This document shows positions 9,557-18,625 of a stretch of DNA of 51,898 nucleotides, piece by piece. The stretch is taken from the NCBI GenBank assembly GCA_015485585.1, contig WFTI01000005.1:1-51898 (forward strand). The letters run 5' to 3'. Under the pieces are notes generated by a model. That model made no database searches. It had not been told where the DNA came from and saw only the letters and a list, made by a program, of their open reading frames with translations. Origin of the DNA: Candidatus Dojkabacteria bacterium (lineage in GTDB: Bacteria > Patescibacteriota > Dojkabacteria > GCA-002793355). Every line of letters starts with the position of its first letter. Position 1 is the stretch's first letter. Position numbers and translations under genes: made by a program.

Positions 9557-9902
9557 GTGGGTGCGCACGAGGGCTGAGGAGTGTCGCCCCTAGTACGTAA
9601 GGATCGGGGCAAGGCAGCCTCTGGTGTACCTGCTGTCCCACCCGGGGCATAACGCAGGGTAGCCACGCTGCTTCGTGGAGAACCGCTGAAAGCATCTAAG
9701 CGGGAAACCCCCTCCAAGATTAGCCCTCGTTGGTACCATTATGGTACCGGGAGCCCCCTGGCAGACGACCAGGTTGATAGGCCCGAGGTGGAAGCCCAGT
9801 AATGGGTGAAGCCGACGGGTACTAATAGGGCGAAATCTTACTCCGGTTACAAGACCCGATTGTCAATGTGCCCCGTATTTTTCTTAGAAGGTATAATTCT
9901 TC

Positions 9903-12488
9903 ATGGCAGAGAAATCCGCGAAAAAGTCTCAAAAATTAGATATATGGGCTCCTAATGTCCGAAAAATACTTCGTCTTGCCTACCATTTCGCAGTACTTGA
10001 AGGAACAAAACAGGTAGCTTTGCGACACCTTCTAGCGGCCTTAGTGTCAGTAAAAACAGCCGCATCTTACAAAGCAGTTGTAGAGATACTAAAGCTTCGT
10101 CCTGCAATTATCCGCAAAAATCTTTTAAAGGTAAATGTAAGCGAAGATGATATTGAGGCTCTTGTGAATAAAGAGCCCAAAGGTGACCTGCCGTTACATT
10201 CTTCGGTTCGCGAGGTGCTTCTTGAAGCCTTAAAACTTAGTAAACGGGTAGGTGCCTATTATGTGGGGAGTGAACATATTCTATTGTCTGCTTTAACGTT
10301 TATTTCAAAACATCATTCCCTTTATCCACGTGCTTACCATATCTTTCGTTTAGATGAGATAGTGCTTGAGGAGTTTGGCTTTAACCTGTTACAACGGAGT
10401 CTTACTCCTTTTAGAATGCTTGAGCAACAGATGCAAGAGAAGAAGAGCGGAGCTGTTGATCGGCCTATTAATGCGGATATGGGAGAAGATCTCTCAGAAG
10501 AAGCCATGTTTCGTTTGTTTACTAAAGATGTTGCTGTTGAAGCCCAAAGTTTTGCAGGAGATCTTTTACTTTCACGTAAAGAGTATGTTGATAAAATCCT
10601 TACCGCTTTACAGGGCCAGCTTACTAAGAACGTACTTTTAGTAGGAGAATCAGGAGTAGGAAAAACCTACCTTGTTTATGACCTTGCCATGCGTATCAGT
10701 TCAAAAAAGGTTCCTTTACATTTTCAGAACAAGAAGATCTTGCGTATAAGCCTTCCTGAAATCGTTGCAACCTCAAGATTTCCGCTTGATATTGAGAAAA
10801 GAATCATGGTTATCTTTAATATGGTGTACGGAAAAGAAGACATAATCTTGTTTATCGATAATATTCATCATCTTTTTAATCCTGCCCCAAAAGGCGGAAT
10901 AAATCTTTACTCTTTACTTTTACCTATTCTTGAGAGCAGAAAGGTACAGATTATCGGTACCATGCCCCAAGAGGAGTTTAGAATGATCTCTGATATGGCT
11001 GTTGGGTTTAAGCGCATCTTTAATGTTATCGAGGTTGATGAGCCAAGTTATGATGAAACGATAAAGATACTTCTTCTGCACCTGAGACGTTGGGAAAGGT
11101 TTGTGAAAATTAACATTGATTACCCTGTACTAGAGGAGTTGGTAAAACTTACTGACAAGTATATAGTCGATGCTGTACTACCTCACAAAGCAGTTTCAGT
11201 ACTAGATGCTGTTGTATCGTATGAACTTTTGCAACGGACACAGCCAGACGCAAGAGAATATGATATTTCTATGCAGTTAAATAATATTGAACATATGAAA
11301 GATGCCTATCTGGAGATAGGTGATATAGCTCAGCTTGAGAGTTTAGAGAAAGAAACAAAGCGTCTAAGAAGCAAGCTTGACAAGTTTCACAAACAACGTG
11401 AGAGTGTCTTACAAGAGGGCATTAAAATCACCCTTGAAAAGATAAGGTCTTATCTTTCTGAGTTAACAGGACTTCCTCTGTATATTGTTGATACTCAGGA
11501 GCGAACTAATCTTTTACGTATAGAAGAAGAGTTAAAACGTTACATAGTTGCCCAAGATGAGGCGATAGAAAAAGTGGCGTACGCTATTAAACGAGGAAGA
11601 TTAGGGATCAGAAAAGATGACAGACCATGGGCTTCGTTCTTGTTTTTAGGTCCAACCGGAGTAGGTAAATCAGAGCTTGCAAAGGTGCTTGCCCGTTATC
11701 TTTTCGGAGATGATAAGCAGCGTCTTATTCAGATCGATATGAGCGAATTTATGGAGAGCCACAGTGTTTCACGGCTTATCGGATCACCCCCGGGATATGT
11801 AGGATACGAGCAAGGAGGATATCTTACAGAACGGGTAAAAGAGAACCCATATAGTGTAGTGCTTTTTGATGAGATAGAGAAAGCGGCTGATAATGTTCTA
11901 AATATTCTTTTGCAGATCCTTGAAGATGGGCATCTTACAGACTCAAAAGGAGAAACAGTTAGTTTTAAAAATACAATAATTATCCTTACCTCAAACATAG
12001 GAGCAGAAGAGATCTTTAAAGATCGCGTGTTAGGGTTTTACCGCGAGTCTGAAACCGAAGAAGAGGTAAGTCAGGCATACGAAAGCATGAAGGAGATCTT
12101 ATTAAAACAGCTTTATAAAAAACTAAGACCAGAGCTTATTAACAGGCTTGATGATATTATTATCTTTAGAACCCTTACAAAAGATGATGCGCGCTTGATT
12201 TTAGATATTCTCTTGCGAGAGTTAAATGAAAGACTAGAAGAAAACCGAATTCGGGTGAAACTTACCCCTAGGGCTAAGGACTATCTAGTTAACAAAGGGT
12301 TTTCAAAAGAGTTTGGAGCTCGTGCCTTAAGGAGGGTTATTCAGCAGTATGTTGAGAATACAGTTGCTGACTATATCCTCGCAAAAAGATGGAAGATAAA
12401 ACCGATCACAGATCTTATGCGTGAACTTACTCTTGATCTTGATAAAAAAACAAAGACACTACAGGTATCTAATGTGAAACGTAAATAA
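9903..12488 (+). CDS. clpC: ATP-dependent Clp protease ATPase subunit, ClpC/ClpA family
   Basis: Clp N-terminal repeats (YVGSEHILL); NBD1 GESGVGKT; NBD2 GPTGVGKS, GSPPGYVGY, DEIEKA, GARALRR; LGF ClpP-docking tripeptide. Confidence 0.9.
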   Translation: MAEKSAKKSQKLDIWAPNVRKILRLAYHFAVLEGTKQVALRHLLAALVSVKTAASYKAVVEILKLRPAIIRKNLLKVNVSEDDIEALVNKEPKGDLPLHSSVREVLLEALKLSKRVGAYYVGSEHILLSALTFISKHHSLYPRAYHIFRLDEIVLEEFGFNLLQRSLTPFRMLEQQMQEKKSGAVDRPINADMGEDLSEEAMFRLFTKDVAVEAQSFAGDLLLSRKEYVDKILTALQGQLTKNVLLVGESGVGKTYLVYDLAMRISSKKVPLHFQNKKILRISLPEIVATSRFPLDIEKRIMVIFNMVYGKEDIILFIDNIHHLFNPAPKGGINLYSLLLPILESRKVQIIGTMPQEEFRMISDMAVGFKRIFNVIEVDEPSYDETIKILLLHLRRWERFVKINIDYPVLEELVKLTDKYIVDAVLPHKAVSVLDAVVSYELLQRTQPDAREYDISMQLNNIEHMKDAYLEIGDIAQLESLEKETKRLRSKLDKFHKQRESVLQEGIKITLEKIRSYLSELTGLPLYIVDTQERTNLLRIEEELKRYIVAQDEAIEKVAYAIKRGRLGIRKDDRPWASFLFLGPTGVGKSELAKVLARYLFGDDKQRLIQIDMSEFMESHSVSRLIGSPPGYVGYEQGGYLTERVKENPYSVVLFDEIEKAADNVLNILLQILEDGHLTDSKGETVSFKNTIIILTSNIGAEEIFKDRVLGFYRESETEEEVSQAYESMKEILLKQLYKKLRPELINRLDDIIIFRTLTKDDARLILDILLRELNERLEENRIRVKLTPRAKDYLVNKGFSKEFGARALRRVIQQYVENTVADYILAKRWKIKPITDLMRELTLDLDKKTKTLQVSNVKRK

Positions 12489-12495
12489 AGAGAGA

Positions 12496-13830
12496 ATGTA
12501 CAGATGCAGAAGCTGTGGTTATACCTCTTTAAAATGGTTTGGCCGTTGCCAAAACTGTGGGTCGTGGGAGATCGAGGAGATAACCGAAGAGAGATCTTTA
12601 TTAAAAACAAAACCCAAAACCAGCTCCCAGATTAAAAAAGTTATACCCCGCGGGGTATCTAAATTAAAGAAAACTGTTGATAAAACACGAATATTTAGCG
12701 GACTAAATGAGGTCGATAATGTAGTTGGAGGTTTTATACCCTATGGAGTATATCTTTTCGGGGGTGAACCAGGCGTCGGAAAGTCTACACTTTTTATGCA
12801 GATTGCTTTAGATCTTGCAGCAAGGGAAAAACAGGTGTTTTATATCTCCTCTGAAGAGTCAGAAAGTCAGCTCCTTTCACGGTTTGAGAGGTTGGCAAAA
12901 GAAAGGTATGACCTTACTAAGCTTGATAAGTATCTTAAAGTGGCTTGCACAAATGTTGTAGAAGAGATATTAGGTGTGCTTTATGAGAAAACCCCTACTT
13001 TTTGTGTGTTTGATTCAATACAGGGTTTTACTACCTTAACAAGCAGCGGAGTAATCGGAGGTGTTTCACAAGCCCGTGAGGTGGTGTTTAAGCTTACTGA
13101 GTTTATCAAACGTACCGGAGCAGTAGGTATCTTGATCGGTCAGGTAACAAAAACCGGTGAGGTATCAGGGCCAAAACTGGTTGAACATATGGTAGATGTA
13201 GTTGCGTATATAGAGCAGGGAGCCACCACCTCTTTACGTTTGATCCGAACAACAAAGAACCGTTACCATGAGGTAGGAAATATAGGTTTTTTAGAGATGA
13301 CCCCTTCTGGTTTTAAAGATGCCCGCGATGTATATGAAAACTGGCTTAAAGACAAAGATAAACCCCTTGCTGGCGTAGCTTATGGAGTAATCATGTTTGG
13401 AGTAAGACCTATCGTGGTGCAGGTTCAAGCCCTTCTGGTTGATACCCGGTTTCCGAATCCTAAGAGGGTAGTTGAGGGGATTTCACGTAACAAACTCGAG
13501 GTTTTACTTGCCATCTTGCAACAACATGTAAGGGGAGTCGATTTCTCATATAAAGACGTATTTTTAAAGGTATTAGGAGGAGTAAATGTGAAAGATCCTG
13601 GTATAGATCTTGCAGTTGCTGCAGCTTTGATCGGAGCTTATAAAGGCATAGGATACCCTAAAACCGTCTTTATTGGTGAGGTGGGATTATTAGGCAACAT
13701 AACCCAGACCACTGCTCATAAAGAAAGGATAAAAGAGGCCAAGAACCTTTCGTTTCAAAAGATAATAGATTTTCAGAAGATATCTCATGTAAGTGCGTTA
13801 GCTGATCTTTTTAAAGGATTGAAAAAATAA
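12496..13830 (+). CDS. radA: DNA repair protein RadA/Sms
   Basis: N-terminal C4 zinc finger (CRSCG...GRCQNCGSW), GEPGVGKST, GPKLVEHMVD, KNRY, Lon-like C-terminal region. Confidence 0.95.
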   Translation: MYRCRSCGYTSLKWFGRCQNCGSWEIEEITEERSLLKTKPKTSSQIKKVIPRGVSKLKKTVDKTRIFSGLNEVDNVVGGFIPYGVYLFGGEPGVGKSTLFMQIALDLAAREKQVFYISSEESESQLLSRFERLAKERYDLTKLDKYLKVACTNVVEEILGVLYEKTPTFCVFDSIQGFTTLTSSGVIGGVSQAREVVFKLTEFIKRTGAVGILIGQVTKTGEVSGPKLVEHMVDVVAYIEQGATTSLRLIRTTKNRYHEVGNIGFLEMTPSGFKDARDVYENWLKDKDKPLAGVAYGVIMFGVRPIVVQVQALLVDTRFPNPKRVVEGISRNKLEVLLAILQQHVRGVDFSYKDVFLKVLGGVNVKDPGIDLAVAAALIGAYKGIGYPKTVFIGEVGLLGNITQTTAHKERIKEAKNLSFQKIIDFQKISHVSALADLFKGLKK

Positions 13831-13988
13831 ATACCAGTTATCCACAACCTGTCCGTTTTTAATGTGTATAGGATCCGTAACTGTATCTTGCGATATTACC
13901 GTACAAAAATATACTTGACAAATTCAAATTTTAGTTTATTTATATTACAGGACCTCAGGCTGGTATATTACAGGATAAATATTACCCC

Positions 13989-14017
13989 TTGACAAAAACA
14001 GGTAAGATATATATAAT
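13989..14017 (+). promoter_or_regulatory. Perfect-consensus sigma70 promoter
   Basis: TTGACA at 13989-13994, 17-bp spacer, TATAAT at 14012-14017. Confidence 0.85.
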
Positions 14018-14048
14018 CTAACAAAAATAGAAACGCACCTTAAAAATA

Positions 14049-14211
14049 CCGCCGTAAAGGCGGGCACCTCCTTCGCCCTGAGGCTTTTTAAAGCTATGGC
14101 CTTCGTGCCTAGCTTTGGGTCTCAGGGTCAAGGAGGAAGCATTTTCTTCTTAGGTGGTCTTAACCCCGAGGCCGGACCCCTCGTCGTCTGGCCTTAGGGC
14201 TAAGCCCATCT
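14049..14211 (+). ncRNA. Unidentified GC-rich structured RNA (stand-alone ncRNA or rho leader)
   Basis: Three consecutive hairpins (14049-14063, 14067-14136, 14152-14211) downstream of a consensus promoter and followed by a U-rich tract. Confidence 0.55.
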
Positions 14212-14374
14212 TCATATCTTTTTAAGTTTTTAAACGTGTGGTATATAATCATAAAGAAGCTTATCTAATCCAACTCAAAAATCTCTGTGCAGTTTATTAA
14301 AGATGAAGAGCAGAACCGTAAAGAATATGTCAGTAAAACTTATCCCTTTGTTAAGATGCAACTAGATCTGTTAT

Positions 14375-15646
14375 ATGTTGACCGTAAGTAAAGTAAAAGA
14401 TCTTTCCTTAAAAGAGTTACAAAAACTAGCAAAAGAAATAGGCCTAGATGATAAAACCATATCATCCCAAAAGAACAAGCTTGATCTTATCCGTGAGATC
14501 TTTAAGTTTGAAGCCAAACAGAGTGGGTTAGATTATGTTAAGGGCATTTTAGATATAACAAATAACGGAAGTTACGGTTTTTTACGCGTTAAAGGATTCT
14601 TACCAAGTCCAGAGGATGTATATGTGACTGTAAACCAGATTAAAAAATTTGGCTTAAGGCCAGGAGACGTGATAGAAGGAGTAGCGCGCCCTTACCGTGA
14701 AGAGAGTGAAGGAAAATACAGGAATCTTCTAAAGGTAGATTTTGTGGGTGGACACCTTGCAAACGAAGCTAAATCACGAAAACATTTTTATGAGAAAAAA
14801 CCTATTTTTCCGAACCATAGGCTTAGGCTTGAGACCACACCTGACGTGCTATCAACCCGAATAATTGACCTGCTTATACCGATCGGTTACGGACAACGCG
14901 GAATGATCGTATCTCCTCCTAAAGCAGGAAAAACATGGCTTCTAAAAGACATCGCAAATGGAATCACTAAGAACTATCCTGAAGCGTATCTTATGGTAAT
15001 CTTGGTAGGAGAACGTCCCGAAGAAGTGACAGATATCGAAAGAAGTGTAAAAGGTGAAGTGATAGCATCAAACTTTGATGAGCCTCCTCAGCATAATGTG
15101 AAGGTGGCAGAATTAGGGTTAGAAAAGGCAAAAAGGCTAGTAGAGTGGGGACACCATGTAGTTATTCTTATGGATAGTATCACCCGTCTTGCTCGGGCTT
15201 ATAACCTAAGTATTCCTAGTTCAGGGCGTACTTTGACGGGTGGGTTTGATCCTGCTGCAATCTACCCTCCTAAGCGATTTTTTGGAGCTGCCAGAAATTT
15301 TGAAGATGGAGGCAGTCTAACTATATTGGCTACAGCATTGGTCCAAACAGGGAGTAAAATGGATGACCTTATCTATGAGGAGTTTAAAGGAACCGGTAAC
15401 ATGGAGCTTCATCTAGATCGTAGCTTGCAAGAGAGGCGAATATTTCCTGCGATAGATATCCAAAAATCAGGCACACGCCGTGAAGATCTGCTATTTACTG
15501 AAGAAGAGCTTAGAGCTTCATGGATCTTGCGCCGAATGCTTGACGCTATTTCAAAACAAGGAGAAAACCCCACAGAGTTTCTTATCTCAAAGTTAAAACA
15601 GTTTCACACAAACGAAGAGTTTATTAAGAAGTTGCTTTCTGAATAG
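14375..15646 (+). CDS. rho: Transcription termination factor Rho
   Basis: GFLR and DVYV RNA-binding motifs, [45 protein letters not shown]. Confidence 0.97.
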   Translation: MLTVSKVKDLSLKELQKLAKEIGLDDKTISSQKNKLDLIREIFKFEAKQSGLDYVKGILDITNNGSYGFLRVKGFLPSPEDVYVTVNQIKKFGLRPGDVIEGVARPYREESEGKYRNLLKVDFVGGHLANEAKSRKHFYEKKPIFPNHRLRLETTPDVLSTRIIDLLIPIGYGQRGMIVSPPKAGKTWLLKDIANGITKNYPEAYLMVILVGERPEEVTDIERSVKGEVIASNFDEPPQHNVKVAELGLEKAKRLVEWGHHVVILMDSITRLARAYNLSIPSSGRTLTGGFDPAAIYPPKRFFGAARNFEDGGSLTILATALVQTGSKMDDLIYEEFKGTGNMELHLDRSLQERRIFPAIDIQKSGTRREDLLFTEEELRASWILRRMLDAISKQGENPTEFLISKLKQFHTNEEFIKKLLSE

Positions 15647-15665
15647 TTTTGTTATACTAGTTGTA

Positions 15666-17177
15666 ATGTTCTACTTTTATCCGAAAAAGTTAGACATAGA
15701 TGTGACAAAACTAGATCTTAATGTATATTTAAACGCTACTGATGCAAAAAGAAAAGGTATCAACAACGGTGATGTAGTTGTGCTTCATTTCAAAGACGGT
15801 GAGATAGGTGCGATAGCTGAGTATACAGATACTCTGGTAGAACCAGGAGAGATCGGTATTCCCTTTGATATCTGGGACAGATTCAGGTTTAGTCAAGAAG
15901 AACCGATAGTTGTTGAGCTTTTACAGCAGGCAGAGAGCGTAAAGTTTATTAGAAAAAAGATTCAAGGGAAAAAACTTACTGAACAAGAAGCGTATGCTAT
16001 TGTGAAAGACATGGTTACCCACAAGCTGACTCCGATAGAGATGACCTATTTTGCGGCTTCTGGTTATTGTCCGGGTTTTGACAAAGAAGAGCTTTATTAT
16101 CTTACCAAAGCTATGGTTGAAACAGGTGTAATTCTAGATTTTAAAGATGTAGGAGAGCTTGTAGTAGACAAACACTCCATTGGGGGCTTGCCGAACAAGG
16201 CGGTAACTCCTGTGCTTGTTCCGATATTAATAGAAATGGGGTTTGTGGTTCCAAACACCTTTTCAAGAGCCATCACTACCCCTGCAGGAACAGGAGATGT
16301 AGTAGAGGTGTTAATGAATGTTTCTTTAGATACAAAACAGATGAAAAGGGTAGTAAAGGAGGTAGGAGGTATGCTTGCATGGGGAGGTGCGGTAAATATC
16401 GCTCCGGCCGATGATATCTTGATTCAGGTTGAAAAACCCTTGCATATTGAATCGTACGAGAAGTTCGTGATGAGCATCATGGCTAAAAAGATCGCTATGG
16501 GGATAAAGTACCTTTTAATTGACATTCCCTATGGGAGGTTTGCAAAGGTTCCTGAGAAAGATGTTCCCAAGGTGAAAGAGCTTTTTGAGTATATCGCCAA
16601 ACGGTTTGGAATTGAGCTTGTGGTTTACACACGAAGATCATACGGATGTGATGGACGTGGAGTTGGTCCTTTGCTTGAAGCAAGAGATGTGTTGCGCATC
16701 CTTGAAAGACATCCTTATCGGCCGATAGAGGTAGAAAACATTGTTTTAGAGATGGCAGCCTTGATAGGAGTTTTAACCAAGAAATATTCCGATAAATATG
16801 AAGCATTAGAAGAGGCTCGGCGCATCTTAGAAACCGGTCTTGCCCGAGAAAGATTCTGGAAGATAGCTAAAGCTCAAGGAACTGCCGGTGTTATATCAAG
16901 TGAATCTTTAACTCCCTCAGAGTATAGCGAGACCTTACTTTGGGAAGGTAAAGAGGGAACAGTTAAAGAGTTTAACAACCGCCTAATCGTAGAGATTGCA
17001 AGATTGCTTGGAGCTCCAGCCGATAAGCTGGCAGGATTATATTTTGAGGTGTTTCTAGGAGATAAGGTATCACCCAAAGACAAGGTTGTTACCTTATATT
17101 CATCTGCCCCTTTAAGAATAAAACTTGCCAAAGAGAGACTTAAAGGTAAACTAGATAAGCTAATTATTGTTGAATAA
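15666..17177 (+). CDS. deoA: AMP phosphorylase (archaeal-type thymidine phosphorylase family)
   Basis: DKHSIGG, SRAITTPAGT and APADD motifs, plus the ~85-aa N-terminal extension characteristic of AMP phosphorylases; 503 aa. Confidence 0.88.
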   Translation: MFYFYPKKLDIDVTKLDLNVYLNATDAKRKGINNGDVVVLHFKDGEIGAIAEYTDTLVEPGEIGIPFDIWDRFRFSQEEPIVVELLQQAESVKFIRKKIQGKKLTEQEAYAIVKDMVTHKLTPIEMTYFAASGYCPGFDKEELYYLTKAMVETGVILDFKDVGELVVDKHSIGGLPNKAVTPVLVPILIEMGFVVPNTFSRAITTPAGTGDVVEVLMNVSLDTKQMKRVVKEVGGMLAWGGAVNIAPADDILIQVEKPLHIESYEKFVMSIMAKKIAMGIKYLLIDIPYGRFAKVPEKDVPKVKELFEYIAKRFGIELVVYTRRSYGCDGRGVGPLLEARDVLRILERHPYRPIEVENIVLEMAALIGVLTKKYSDKYEALEEARRILETGLARERFWKIAKAQGTAGVISSESLTPSEYSETLLWEGKEGTVKEFNNRLIVEIARLLGAPADKLAGLYFEVFLGDKVSPKDKVVTLYSSAPLRIKLAKERLKGKLDKLIIVE

Positions 17178-18559
17178 TGGCTACTTTAACCTTCTGGGGT
17201 GCAGCAGGAGGAATTGTTACAGGTTCAAACCACCTTTTAGAGGTAGAAGGTAACCGTTATCTTGTAGATTGCGGAATGTTTCAAGGTACCAAGAAGGTAC
17301 GTGAGCTTAACTGGCAAGGTTTTGCGTACGATCCATCTGAGATTAAAGCTCTTTTTCTGACCCATGCCCATCTTGATCATGTGGGACGTATTCCCTATCT
17401 TGTTCGCCACGGTTTTTCAGGAAAAATATTTGCTACTGATGCAACCCGTGACCTTGCAAAGGTTATCCTTTATGATGCTTTTAAACTTCATAAAGAAGCA
17501 GTAGAGAGAGGGCGCGAAGAAGGAGCCGAAGAGTTACAGTATACTGAGGCAGACATAGAGAAGGCTTTATCACTTTTTGAAGTGGTTGATTACGGAAAAC
17601 TTTACACTTTTGACGAGTATATTGAGTTTAGACTACGTGACGCTGGTCATATCTTAGGCTCTGCTATTTTCGAGATCTGGTTTAAAAACGGAAAAACCAA
17701 GCGCAAGATAGTTTTTTCAGGAGATCTTGGACAACCTGGACAACGGATAATTCGTGATCCTGAATACATACGTGAGGCTGATTATGTGGTAGTGGAGAGT
17801 ACGTATGGGGGAAGAATCCATCCTGATAAAGCGAGCACTGTGCTTGAGTTTATAGAGATATTAAAACACATAGGTAAATACGGAGGAGTGGGGATGATAC
17901 CAGTTTTTGCCGTTGAGAGGGCTCAAGAGATCCTTTATGAGCTTAACCTGTTAGTAGAACGTAACATTTTAGAGGATCCTGTTGACTTTTATCTTGATAG
18001 TCCGATGGCGAGCGAGGTAACACGTATCTTTGAGCGTTATTCAAAATATTATGATGAAGATGCTCTGTTATTGCTTGAGCAAGGAGATCAACCGTTTCGT
18101 TTCAAAAATTTTAGGGTGATTACAAATGTTAGGCAGTCAAAACGTTTAAAAAACGTAAAAAGAGCAGTGATTTTGGCCGGAAGCGGAATGGTAACAGGAG
18201 GACGGATCGGACACCACATTATTAATCATGCTTCTGATCCTAATTCTCATATTATCTTTGTGGGGTATCAGGTTCCAGGTACTATAGGTAGACGCATCTT
18301 AGACGGAGAGCGCACGATAAGAATCTACGGTCACACAGTGCATATAAAAGCGAAGGTCCACTATCTTCAAGGGTTCTCATCACATGCTGACCAAACAGAC
18401 CTTATGTATTGGATACGTAACTTCGGAAGAGGAGTAAGAGATATCTTCTTGGTTCATGGTGAGAATGATCAACGTGAGGCGCTAGCCCAGAAGGTTTATC
18501 TTGAGCTTCAGAAAACTCCTAAAATGCCTCTTTTAGGCGAAACTGTGTATCTAGAATAA
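17177..18559 (+). CDS. MBL-fold beta-CASP ribonuclease family protein
   Basis: THAHLDH, AGHILGS, SGDLG, ESTYG, FSSHAD and LVHGE motifs. The start overlaps the upstream stop (TAATG). Confidence 0.92.
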   Translation: MATLTFWGAAGGIVTGSNHLLEVEGNRYLVDCGMFQGTKKVRELNWQGFAYDPSEIKALFLTHAHLDHVGRIPYLVRHGFSGKIFATDATRDLAKVILYDAFKLHKEAVERGREEGAEELQYTEADIEKALSLFEVVDYGKLYTFDEYIEFRLRDAGHILGSAIFEIWFKNGKTKRKIVFSGDLGQPGQRIIRDPEYIREADYVVVESTYGGRIHPDKASTVLEFIEILKHIGKYGGVGMIPVFAVERAQEILYELNLLVERNILEDPVDFYLDSPMASEVTRIFERYSKYYDEDALLLLEQGDQPFRFKNFRVITNVRQSKRLKNVKRAVILAGSGMVTGGRIGHHIINHASDPNSHIIFVGYQVPGTIGRRILDGERTIRIYGHTVHIKAKVHYLQGFSSHADQTDLMYWIRNFGRGVRDIFLVHGENDQREALAQKVYLELQKTPKMPLLGETVYLE

Positions 18560-18625
18560 TCATATTAGATGGTATAATTCTAAATGGGGGTATATTAAGA
18601 CCCCCTTAAGACAATATATGATAGC

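Noticed and set aside
13831..14020. Chromosomal replication origin
   Set aside because: There are only two DnaA-like boxes, no dnaA or dnaN nearby, and no switch in gene orientation across the site.
14122..14142. TCAGGGTCAAGGAGGAAGCA resembling SRP RNA domain IV
   Set aside because: The GNRA-capped stem required between CAGG and AGCA cannot form, and these bases pair better in the long rod.
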